From positions 1 through 56,306 of the IMG/VR virus record IMGVR_UViG_3300037478_000259: a stretch of DNA of 56,306 bases. One strand, 5' to 3'. Every line of letters starts with the position of its first letter. Position 1 is the stretch's first letter. The stretch is from a virus. Taxonomy: Duplodnaviria > Caudoviricetes. Below, one piece after another: positions 1-8,199 of the stretch. A model generated the notes under the pieces. It saw only the letters and a list, made by a program, of their open reading frames with translations. It was not told where the DNA came from and made no database searches. The position numbers and the translations under genes are program-made.

Positions 1-65
1 CCTTCCGCTTAAAAAATCTTGGCCCGGATTGCCCATCTTTCAGGCTGCAGCTGTGAGGTGCCATT

Positions 66-356
66 GTGGACATCCGTAAATCGGTGTTGGCCGATTTGGC
101 GGGTCTGCCGGCTGCGCTACGCAACGGTTCACTGGCGGCATCGGCGCTGACGTTAGCTGAGTTGATCCCGGAGTCGGCACCCAGGGATGCAGCGTCCCTG
201 GTGCGCGAGCTTCGGCAGACCATGGCCGAGCTGAGGTCTAGCGCGGCGCAGGTGCCGGAGGAGGTGGACCCGGTTGACGAACTTGCTCGCCGTCGCGCCG
301 CCCGCCGCTCGGCCAAGGTATCTACACATGCCGACGGGGATCAGCTCGGCAGCTGA
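66..356 (+). CDS. terS: Terminase small subunit (type A)
   Basis: Directly upstream of and overlapping TerL; C-terminal DPVDELARRRAARR typical of actinophage TerS. Confidence 0.75.
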   Translation: MDIRKSVLADLAGLPAALRNGSLAASALTLAELIPESAPRDAASLVRELRQTMAELRSSAAQVPEEVDPVDELARRRAARRSAKVSTHADGDQLGS

Positions 357-1752
357 GGATGTGATCGGGTTAGCCGATAGTGTCAGCCTGGACTTGGATG
401 GCGACCAGCGGATGGTGCTGGCGGGGGCGCTGACCGAGCGGCTGGATGGCATGTGGGCCGCGAACCAGGTTGGGTTCATTGAGCCACGTCAGAATGGGAA
501 GACCCAGACTCTCGCAGCCGACGCCCTTGGTTCGCTGTACGTGGTGAAGCTAAAACTGGTGATGTGGACCGCACACCGGTTCTCCACGGCCATCGAAGCC
601 TGGCGGCTGATGCGGGACATTGTGACCAACTGGGATCATCTGCGTCGACGGGTCCGCGGTGTCCGTCGGACAACCTGGGGTGGCGGGGAGATCGAGTTAC
701 TCGACGGCAACCGGGTCCTGTTCGGGTCGCGGTCTGCTGGTGCGTCGGGGCGAGGGTTCTCGCTTGAGAAGCTGTATCTGGATGAGGCGTTCGACCTGAC
801 CGACGATGACCTGGCGGCGCTGCTGCCGGCGTTGTCGGCTCGGCCGAATCATCAGGTGTGGTATGCCAGCTCGGCGCCGAAGCCGCACAGCGAGGTGTTG
901 CGCAGGGTCTGCCGCGCGGGCCGCCGGGGCGCGCCGGGGATGGCCTACGTTGAGTTCTGCGCGGCCGACGATGCGGCCAGCGATGACCCGGTTGCGTGGG
1001 CCGAGGCGAACCCGGCCTTCCCGCAGAGGATTACCGACGAGACTATTCGTGGGGAACTCGGCTCTATGTCGGATGAGGATTTCCGGCGCGAGCGGTTGGG
1101 CATATGGAATCCTGATCTTGACGAGTTGTATCGGATCATTCCTACCGAGTTGTGGCAGTCGCTGGCAGACCCGGAGGCCGAGCGGCCGGAGACGGTGGCG
1201 TTCGCGCTGGTCGTCAACCGAGACCGGACCCGGACGGCGATCGGGTACGCCGGGCGCCGCGGCGACGGGTTGATGCAGGTTGGCCTGTCGGATTGGATGC
1301 CGGGCACGTCGCAGGCGGTTGCGCGGCTGGTGGAGTTGCGGGATCGGTGGAACCCGGTCGGGTTCGCGGTGGCCACCAAGAGTGAGAGCCTGTTGCTCGA
1401 TCTGGAGAAGGCCGAGTTCACCGTGCCGGATGATCCTGACGAGCCGCAGCGGGGGGATCTGGCCGTGGTGGGTTCGGCTCAGGATGCAGCAGCCTACGGC
1501 GTATTCGTGGACATGGCCCGCGGCGATCTCCAGGGTGAGGAGCGGGTCGATCTGCTCCGGCATGCCGATGATGCGCCGGTGTCTACGGCTTTGGCGCAGG
1601 CGAGGACGCGGTCGGTGGCTGGCGGTTCGGCATGGGACGACAAGGCCAGCGAGGTGGCGCCGCTGCGGGCGGTGTGCCACGCGCTGTGGTTGCACGAGGC
1701 GTGGGCGCATCTGGTGCAGGCCGATTACGACCCGCTGGCCAACATCTACTAG
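274..1752 (+). CDS. terL: Terminase large subunit (type A); start uncertain
   Basis: Walker A PRQNGKT, Walker B LYLDEA, motif III YASSA, WAEANPA, FRRERLG. Confidence 0.92.
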   Translation: MTNLLAVAPPAARPRYLHMPTGISSAAEDVIGLADSVSLDLDGDQRMVLAGALTERLDGMWAANQVGFIEPRQNGKTQTLAADALGSLYVVKLKLVMWTAHRFSTAIEAWRLMRDIVTNWDHLRRRVRGVRRTTWGGGEIELLDGNRVLFGSRSAGASGRGFSLEKLYLDEAFDLTDDDLAALLPALSARPNHQVWYASSAPKPHSEVLRRVCRAGRRGAPGMAYVEFCAADDAASDDPVAWAEANPAFPQRITDETIRGELGSMSDEDFRRERLGIWNPDLDELYRIIPTELWQSLADPEAERPETVAFALVVNRDRTRTAIGYAGRRGDGLMQVGLSDWMPGTSQAVARLVELRDRWNPVGFAVATKSESLLLDLEKAEFTVPDDPDEPQRGDLAVVGSAQDAAAYGVFVDMARGDLQGEERVDLLRHADDAPVSTALAQARTRSVAGGSAWDDKASEVAPLRAVCHALWLHEAWAHLVQADYDPLANIY

Positions 1753-1755
1753 GGG

Positions 1756-2037
1756 GTGCCGATGTCCACGTTCGTGCATGGCATTCCCCGGGCCCGCCAG
1801 GTAACTCGTGCCCGCCGCCGGCTACTGCCGGCGGCAGCCGCGGCCGCCGGGCATGTGCTGCGGCTGTCGGTGCAGGTCGGTGCGCAGTTGCCGGGGTTGG
1901 CTGGTGCCGGCGCGATCTGCTACGGGGCGTGGCTGGCATGGGCTCCACTTGGGTTCGCGACGGCCGGCGCGTTCCTGCTGTTGGTTGACCGCCGGTCGGC
2001 GGCCGAGCCGGCTGAGCCGGGGGGTGTCGCGCGGTGA
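1756..2037 (+). CDS. Small membrane protein between TerL and portal
   Basis: Hydrophobic C-terminal half; homologous ORF at 54340..54621. Confidence 0.75.
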   Translation: MPMSTFVHGIPRARQVTRARRRLLPAAAAAAGHVLRLSVQVGAQLPGLAGAGAICYGAWLAWAPLGFATAGAFLLLVDRRSAAEPAEPGGVAR

Positions 2038-3257
2038 GTGTGTTCTTCCGCGCCCGGACCCGGCCGCGCGCGCCGGAGCAGCGCGCCGGCTGGCCGGTGA
2101 ACCAGTTGTCGCAAGCTCTGCTCTCCCTGACCCGGCAGCAGTTCAACGAGGTTGACCTTTCAACAGCCGAGTCGAGCCTGCAGTCGGTGGCGGTTCGTTC
2201 CGCGGTGGACCTGATCGCGTCGATCGGCTCTGAGCTTCCAGCGGACGTGTTCCGCGGCAAAGGGTCGACCCGGCAGGAGCTGCCGATGCCCGGCTGGCTA
2301 CAGGACCCGGACGGGTCCGACCAGGGCCTGGAGGACTGGTGCTACCGGGTGCTCGTGTCCTGGCTGCTGCGGGGCAACTTGTATGGGGACGTCCTGGAGC
2401 GCGGCCCGGCGCAGATGCTCAAGCAGGTGGACATCTTCCATCCTGACCGGGTGCACCCGTTGATCGAGGACGGCGAGGTGAAGTGGCTGCACCAGGGCCG
2501 GGAAGTTCCGACTAACCGGATGCTGCACCGCCGGGTCAACCCGGTGCCGGGTTGCCTGCTCGGCCTGTCGCCGGTGGCATATCACGCGTGGACGATCGGC
2601 CTGAACTTGACGACCACAAGGTTCGGCCTGCAGTGGTTTCAGGACGGCGCCCACCCGGGCGGGGTGTTGAGGAACACCGAGGTTGACTTGTCGAAGCCGG
2701 GTGTGGCGGAGACGGCCAAGGACCGGTTCATGGCCGCGCTGCGCGGCAGCCGCGAGCCGCTGGTGTTGGGCAAGGGTTGGGAGTGGCAGCAGATCCAACT
2801 CAACCCGGACGAGTCGCAGTTCCTGGAGACACAGGGTTTCACCGCCGCTGAGTCGGCCCGGATCTTCGGGCCGGGGATCGCGGAGATCCTCGGCTACGGC
2901 ACCAAGGGCAGCTCGTTGACCTACAGCAACCTCATCGACCGTGACCTGCACGTCCTCAAGTACGCGCTGAACAAGTGGCTACGCCGGCTGGAGCGGTTGC
3001 TGAGCATGTTCCTGCCGCGGCCGCAGTACGTGCGGTTGAACCGGGATGCGCTGCTGGAGACGGACACCCTGCGCCGCTACCAGGCGTACCAGATCGCCCT
3101 GAACAACAGGTTCAAGGTCGTCAATGAGATCCGCGACAAGGAAGAGCTGCCGCCGGTCGACTGGGGTGACGAGCCGAACCCGACACCGGGTGCCGCTCCG
3201 GCCCCGGCGCCGAGCGACGAGCCGCCGGGCGAGCCTGAGGAAGACGACGACGAGTGA
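2034..3257 (+). CDS. Portal protein (HK97-like)
   Basis: LLRGNLYG, GLSPV, F..GAHPGGVL, SQFLET, NEIRDKEELPP motifs; position. Confidence 0.95.
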   Translation: MSVFFRARTRPRAPEQRAGWPVNQLSQALLSLTRQQFNEVDLSTAESSLQSVAVRSAVDLIASIGSELPADVFRGKGSTRQELPMPGWLQDPDGSDQGLEDWCYRVLVSWLLRGNLYGDVLERGPAQMLKQVDIFHPDRVHPLIEDGEVKWLHQGREVPTNRMLHRRVNPVPGCLLGLSPVAYHAWTIGLNLTTTRFGLQWFQDGAHPGGVLRNTEVDLSKPGVAETAKDRFMAALRGSREPLVLGKGWEWQQIQLNPDESQFLETQGFTAAESARIFGPGIAEILGYGTKGSSLTYSNLIDRDLHVLKYALNKWLRRLERLLSMFLPRPQYVRLNRDALLETDTLRRYQAYQIALNNRFKVVNEIRDKEELPPVDWGDEPNPTPGAAPAPAPSDEPPGEPEEDDDE

Positions 3258-3419
3258 TCGCCGGACGGGGAGTCGAACCCCGCGGCACTGTCGCAACGAC
3301 TGGTACCAGCCACTGCTCAGCCCGCCAGCGGGTCGGAAGTGGGTCCGTCGACCCCCCGCCGTTCACCGCTGTGGATGGTCCCGCCGATACCACTTCGCGG
3401 CAACCACTCACGTCCAGCA
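3258..3419 (-). ncRNA. Putative tRNA-like structured RNA (acceptor stem + T-arm + long internal helices)
   Basis: Minus strand: 5' UGCUGGA pairs with 3' UCCGGCG; T-arm CGGGG-UUCGACU-CCCCG; 10-bp helix UGGUAUCGGC/GCUGGUACCA; G-U pairs work only on the minus strand. Confidence 0.65.
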
Positions 3420-3433
3420 TACGAGGAGGACAA

Positions 3434-4276
3434 GTGATGCGCGCGATGCGTGGCCTGTATGTGATCCGCGGTGGTGGCCCGGCATCACAACTGAACACCC
3501 GACAGGTTCGAGCCGACGAACCCGAGGCCGCAGCCCCGGCCGACGGGCGAGTCGGCACGCTGGTCGTCGACTTCTCCCGATTCGACACCTGGTACGAGAT
3601 CGACTCGTTCTGGGAGGGCCGGTTCATGGAGCAGGTCAAGCGTGGGTCGTTCAAGAAGACGATGAAGGAGAACGGGTCCAACGTCAAGGTCCTGTTCAAC
3701 CACGGCTTCGACATGTTCCTTGACCAGAAGATGCTCAGCGTCCCCGAGGTCCTGGAGGAGCGTGAGAACTTCGCGCACCTGGAGGGGCCGCTGTTCCGCG
3801 GCACCCCGGAGCTGATCGTCGAAGGCCTGCGCGCCGGCGCCTACGGCTCGAGCTTCATGTTCGAGGTGCTGGCCGAGAAGTGGGACCGGGAGGCGGACAA
3901 GTCGGAGGGCAACCCGGACGGCCTGCCTGAGCGGACGATCACCCAGGTCCGACTGTTCGAGGCTGGCCCGGTGACGTGGCCGGCGAACCCGGACGCAACC
4001 GCCGGGCTGCGCTCGGGCACCGACTGGTGGGCCGAGCAGATACAGAAGCGTGATCAGGACCGCTACGACGAGCTTGTCCGCTCGTTCGCAGCGTTCCGGG
4101 CCCTGCACGGGCTCAGCACCCCCACGGGGGCCGCTGCCCGGCCGGGGTCCAAGCCGGAAGCGCCGGCATCCGACATCGGGTCGGACCGCCACGTCGACGG
4201 GACGGCGGCAGCACGCCGCCTTCGCCTGCAGCAACTGCAGGGAGTCGACACGCGGCGGAAGGTTCCGTCGCATTAG
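3434..4276 (+). CDS. Prohead (capsid maturation) protease, HK97 family
   Basis: GAGGAGG RBS before GTG 3434/ATG 3437; LFNHG, GSSF, EAGPVTWPANPDA motifs. Confidence 0.92.
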   Translation: MMRAMRGLYVIRGGGPASQLNTRQVRADEPEAAAPADGRVGTLVVDFSRFDTWYEIDSFWEGRFMEQVKRGSFKKTMKENGSNVKVLFNHGFDMFLDQKMLSVPEVLEERENFAHLEGPLFRGTPELIVEGLRAGAYGSSFMFEVLAEKWDREADKSEGNPDGLPERTITQVRLFEAGPVTWPANPDATAGLRSGTDWWAEQIQKRDQDRYDELVRSFAAFRALHGLSTPTGAAARPGSKPEAPASDIGSDRHVDGTAAARRLRLQQLQGVDTRRKVPSH

Positions 4277-4293
4277 CGGGTTGGAGAACCCCG

Positions 4294-5736
4294 ATGTCAG
4301 TGAAGGTCCAGTTCCGCCTTGCGGAGCTTTCGATGGAGGACGCCGAGAAGCGGCTCACCGAGATCGAAGCAGAGATGAAGGAGATCAACGACGAGGCCGG
4401 CGACGGTGACCTCGACGACGAGCAGCGTGCCACCTGGGATGAGCTCGGCGTCGAGCACGACGAGCTGGCGCTGTCCACCCGCAAGGCCAAGCGGGCGCAG
4501 CGGCTGCAGGACGCCCGGTCGAAGTACCAGAGCCTGCAGGTCGGCACGAAGCGTGAGGACCCGTGGGACGGGGATGTGCGGATCGTGCCCGAGCAGCAGG
4601 CTCTGACCCGGGCGCGCAACATCCTGGACGACCGGGAGCTCGGCGGGCATCTGCGCTCGGATCAGAAGGAGCATCTGGAGAAGCTGTTGCGTACGCGCAA
4701 CGCGAACCTGGATGGTGACCTGCTGGCCCGGCATGTGATCGCCACCCAGCACCCGTCGTACCGGTCGGCGTTCCAGAAGTATGCGTCCGGCTCGCACGCG
4801 TATACCCAGGAGGAGGCTCGGGCGATCGAGGTGGTGCGGCATCTGAACCGTGCTGCGTCGCTGTCCGACACCGCCGGCGGGTTCGCAGTTCCGGTGCTGA
4901 TCGACCCGACGATCATCATGACCGCGCAGGGGTCGACGAACGACATCCTGCGTCTGGCCAGGGTGGAGACCATCACCACCGACGTGTGGAAGGGTGTCAG
5001 CTCGGCCGGGGTGTCGTGGAAGTTCGACACCGAGGCGGCGGCGGCCACGGACAACGCGCCGACGGTCGCGCAGCCGACGGTGACCACGAGGCGGGCTGAC
5101 GGGTTCATCCCGTTCTCGATCGAGATCGGGATGGACTGGCCAGGCTTCGCCGAGTCCATGTCGGGCTTGCTCGCCGAGGGTTACGACGAGTTGCTCGCCG
5201 AGAAGCTCACCACGGGTACGTCGGGCAGCACTGAGCCGACCGGTCTGATCACCCGGCTGGACGCGACCACCACCATCGAGGTGGAGTTGACGACTGCTTC
5301 GACGATCGTGGCTGCGGACATCTACGGTCTGTGGGCGGCGCTGCCGCAGCGGTTCCGCCGGGCCGCGAACTGTGCCTGGATGTCGAGCACCGACGTGCAG
5401 AACACGATCCGGCAGTTGGGTACTCTCGACCCGAACTTCTCCGTGGACATCACCCAAGAGGCCATTCCGAGGATGTTCGGCCGGCAGTACCCGATGAACG
5501 ACTACATGAACGATCTCCCCGCCTCGGGCACCGGCACCCAGCCGTTGCTCGTCGTCGGCGACTTCAGAGGGTATGTGGTCGCACAGCGGGCCGGGATGAT
5601 GGTCGAGTTCATCCCGATGTTGTTCGACACCACCAACAACCGGCCCACCGGCCAGCGCGGCTGGTTTGCCTGGGCGCGGATCGGCGCCGACGTGGTGAAT
5701 ACGGCGGGGTTCCGACTGCTCACCAACAAGGCCTGA
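4294..5736 (+). CDS. Major capsid protein (HK97 fold, N-terminal delta domain)
   Basis: Coiled-coil N-terminus, AGGFAVP, GDFRGYVV, GWFAWARIGADVVN. Confidence 0.93.
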   Translation: MSVKVQFRLAELSMEDAEKRLTEIEAEMKEINDEAGDGDLDDEQRATWDELGVEHDELALSTRKAKRAQRLQDARSKYQSLQVGTKREDPWDGDVRIVPEQQALTRARNILDDRELGGHLRSDQKEHLEKLLRTRNANLDGDLLARHVIATQHPSYRSAFQKYASGSHAYTQEEARAIEVVRHLNRAASLSDTAGGFAVPVLIDPTIIMTAQGSTNDILRLARVETITTDVWKGVSSAGVSWKFDTEAAAATDNAPTVAQPTVTTRRADGFIPFSIEIGMDWPGFAESMSGLLAEGYDELLAEKLTTGTSGSTEPTGLITRLDATTTIEVELTTASTIVAADIYGLWAALPQRFRRAANCAWMSSTDVQNTIRQLGTLDPNFSVDITQEAIPRMFGRQYPMNDYMNDLPASGTGTQPLLVVGDFRGYVVAQRAGMMVEFIPMLFDTTNNRPTGQRGWFAWARIGADVVNTAGFRLLTNKA

Positions 5737-5740
5737 TCTC

Positions 5741-6040
5741 ATGATCTGGCATAAGCCCAAGTGGATCGACAGCGAGACCACGCTGGGTGCATCTGTGGCT
5801 GAAGAGGTGACGGCAAGCCGATACTGCCTTCAGGTGTCCGGCCCGGTGAACGCGGTTGGTTACATCCAAGGATCACTTGACGGCGACAAGTGGGTGATTC
5901 TGGCCAGGGCCGAAGTCACCAATGGGAACTTGCTCACCGAGCTTGTCTGGGTCGAAGGCAATCCCGTCAAGCACATCCGGGCAGTTCTTGCCGCCAATGG
6001 TGGTGGGTCCGTAACCATCAGTGTGCTCGCAACCGACTGA
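5741..6040 (+). CDS. Hypothetical beta-rich protein (possible capsid accessory)
   Basis: Intact ORF immediately after the capsid gene. Confidence 0.6.
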   Translation: MIWHKPKWIDSETTLGASVAEEVTASRYCLQVSGPVNAVGYIQGSLDGDKWVILARAEVTNGNLLTELVWVEGNPVKHIRAVLAANGGGSVTISVLATD

Positions 6041-6044
6041 AATC

Positions 6045-6083
6045 TCACGTGGCGGGTGTGCTCACCTCACACCCGCCATGTGA
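6045..6083 (+). terminator. Long hairpin (terminator or mRNA-stabilising)
   Basis: TCACGTGGCGGGTGTG-CTCACCT-CACACCCGCCATGTGA; no U-tract. Confidence 0.5.
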
Positions 6084-6117
6084 CCAACCACCACCTCCAA
6101 GGTGAGAGGAGATCGCG

Positions 6118-6462
6118 ATGAAGTACAGCAAGATTGCCGGTGTGACCAGGTGGTCCGGTGGGACCACACTGTTGCGTAAGGGCCAGTCTGCCGACGAGGA
6201 CCACGGTCTGGTCAAGGAACGCCCGGACCTGTTCACTGACGTGGCACCGGGTGCGTCGCTGGCGGCTGGCCACAAGGTTCCACCGCCGGCGGTGGAGCGG
6301 GCCACTCGCGCGCCGGGGGAGGTTCGGGTCACCGAGTCGCCGTCGACGAGGGCGATCCGGGAGTGGGCTGTCGCCGCCGGGTTCGAGGTGGCGGCGCGTG
6401 GGAAGTTGTCGCCTGAGGTGGTCGAGGCGTACAACGCTGCGCATGAGCCCGTCGATGGGTGA
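6118..6462 (+). CDS. Protein with C-terminal Lsr2-type DNA-binding domain
   Basis: AIREWAVAAGFEVAARGKLSPEVVEAYNAAH matches the Lsr2 C-terminal pattern. Confidence 0.85.
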   Translation: MKYSKIAGVTRWSGGTTLLRKGQSADEDHGLVKERPDLFTDVAPGASLAAGHKVPPPAVERATRAPGEVRVTESPSTRAIREWAVAAGFEVAARGKLSPEVVEAYNAAHEPVDG

Positions 6463-7213
6463 GCCGGCGGTGGCTGGGAACGGCAGGGTACAGATCGCGT
6501 ACCTGCACCGGCACAACGTCAGCCACAGTTGGCACGAGAGCATGATGCGGCTGATCGGCTACGACGCGGCGAACCACTGCCGGATCGTTGACACCGCCGG
6601 CCCGTTCATGATCTCGACCGATGCGTCTGGTCTGGTCGCCGCGCGTAACACGGGTGTACAGCGGTTCTTGGACGAGACCGACCACGAATGGCTGTGGTAC
6701 GTCGACACCGACATGGGGTTTCTGCCGGACACGATCGACCGGCTCGTCGACGCAGCCGATCCGGTTGAGCGTCCGGTTGTCGGCGGGTTGTGCTTCGCGC
6801 TGCGCGAGGTTTGCTACGACGGGTACGGCGGCCGGCGGGTGATGCCCGCCCCGACGCTCTATGTGCCGGCGAAAACCCCGGAAGGGCACACCGGGTTCAC
6901 CACCCGGTGGGATGTGCCGCCGAACACGCTGCTGCAGGTGGCCGGCACCGGCACCGCGTGTCTGCTGATGCACCGGGGGGCGTTGGAGAAGCTGCGGGCT
7001 GAGTACGGCGACGCCTGGTTCGACCGGGTGCGCTACGAGGACGGGCAGCCGATCTCCGAGGACCTGTCGTTCTGCGCCCGGCTGATCCAGCAAGGTGTCC
7101 CTCTGTTCGTCCACACCGGGGTTCTGACCACGCATCACAAGCAGTTCTGGGTGGGTGTGGAGGACTACACCCCGCCGAACGTGATGGCAGCCGATGTTCG
7201 CGACTCCGGTTGA
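6455..7213 (+). CDS. Glycosyltransferase (GT-A/GT2-like)
   Basis: ARN..VQRFL, WLWYVDTDM (DxD), GTGTACLLMHR, SEDLSFC. Confidence 0.85.
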   Translation: MGEPAVAGNGRVQIAYLHRHNVSHSWHESMMRLIGYDAANHCRIVDTAGPFMISTDASGLVAARNTGVQRFLDETDHEWLWYVDTDMGFLPDTIDRLVDAADPVERPVVGGLCFALREVCYDGYGGRRVMPAPTLYVPAKTPEGHTGFTTRWDVPPNTLLQVAGTGTACLLMHRGALEKLRAEYGDAWFDRVRYEDGQPISEDLSFCARLIQQGVPLFVHTGVLTTHHKQFWVGVEDYTPPNVMAADVRDSG

Positions 7214-8142
7214 CGTCGGATGGCGCCGCCGTGAAGCTGCTGCTGCTCGGCACGCCCGACTACGGCCGCGACTGCTGGCATGACGACCTGGCCGACGAGG
7301 CCGCCGTGCTCGGCTGGCAGGTGGACTACATCGCCGCCCGTGACCGGCCGGTCGATGACGTGGTGCGGCAGGCCAAGGGTGCGGATCTGCTGATTTGGGC
7401 GCGCACCCACTTGCATTCCCCGGCCGGTGACGTGGACGGCATGCTCCGGCGGATCGAGGACGCGGGCACTGCCACGGTCGGGCTGCACCTGGACTTGTAC
7501 TGGGGTGTGCCTAGCCGGGAACAGAAGATCGGGAATCATCCGTGGTGGTCTTGCCAGTGGGTGTACACGGCCGACGGTGGGCCGCGGCCGTGGCACACCC
7601 GGGGTGTCAACCACCGGTGGTGCCCACCCGCGTTGGGCGGTAGGCATCTGGGCCGGGTCAAGCCTGAGGGTGAGGCCCGGTACGTGTTCACCGGCGGGGC
7701 GATGCCTGTGCACGGCGAACATCGGCTGCAGTTGTTGGCGTGGGCGCATGCCCGCTGGGGTGACCGGTTCGCCGTCTACGGTGAGCCGCCGGAGACCGCC
7801 GTCTACGGTCAGCGGCTGTCCGGCGTCGTGTCGTATGCGCATGCTGTGCTGGGGGATTCGGCGCCGGCCGCCTGCTACTGGTCGGACCGGGTGGTGCGGA
7901 TCCTGGGTCGTGGCGGGGTGTTGGCGCATCCGCGGGTGGCCGGCATGGCCGAGCAGGGGTTCACCGACGAGACGATGGTCCCGTTCGGCCGGTACGACTT
8001 CCTTCGGCTCGGGTCACGGCTGGATTCGTTGATGAAGCGGCAGCGGACAGCCATCCGCGACGCCGCGGTTGCCGTGGTCGAGTCGCGGCATCTGTGGCGG
8101 CACCGGCTCCAGTCGATCGCCCGGGAGGTGGGCTGTGGCTGA
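7210..8142 (+). CDS. Glycosyltransferase-like protein (GT-B, CgeB/Glyco_trans_1_2-like C-terminus)
   Basis: FTGG, YWSDRV..ILGRGG, HLWRHRL end motif. Confidence 0.7.
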   Translation: MTSDGAAVKLLLLGTPDYGRDCWHDDLADEAAVLGWQVDYIAARDRPVDDVVRQAKGADLLIWARTHLHSPAGDVDGMLRRIEDAGTATVGLHLDLYWGVPSREQKIGNHPWWSCQWVYTADGGPRPWHTRGVNHRWCPPALGGRHLGRVKPEGEARYVFTGGAMPVHGEHRLQLLAWAHARWGDRFAVYGEPPETAVYGQRLSGVVSYAHAVLGDSAPAACYWSDRVVRILGRGGVLAHPRVAGMAEQGFTDETMVPFGRYDFLRLGSRLDSLMKRQRTAIRDAAVAVVESRHLWRHRLQSIAREVGCG

Positions 8143-8199
8143 CTCCTGCTGGTGGCCGCCGACGTGGCCAAGGCGCGCAAGCTGCGAAGGGGTGAGCTC

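Larger units (their letters stand above)
1720..3728 (+). repeat. Long diverged direct repeat, copy 1 (copy 2 at 54304..56306)
   Basis: Similarity begins abruptly at GCCGA(T/C)TACGACCCGCTGGCCAACATCTACTAGGGGGTGCCG and runs through the membrane gene, portal, spacer and protease 5' end. Confidence 0.97.

Noticed and set aside
3258-3419. Calling the element a standard tRNA or tmRNA
   Set aside because: No D-stem or 7-nt anticodon loop, no encoded CCA, no G3-U70 pair, and too short for a tmRNA tag region.
3254-3433. 60-codon N-terminal extension of the protease given in the ORF track
   Set aside because: A strong RBS precedes GTG 3434/ATG 3437; the extension has no protease-like character and is better explained as a structured non-coding element (not formally excluded).
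4297-5781. Long antisense ORFs (also 697..1779, 10984..12189, 15606..16787, 47306..48940 and many others)
   Set aside because: Shadow frames of real genes in high-GC DNA, with no motifs or RBS.
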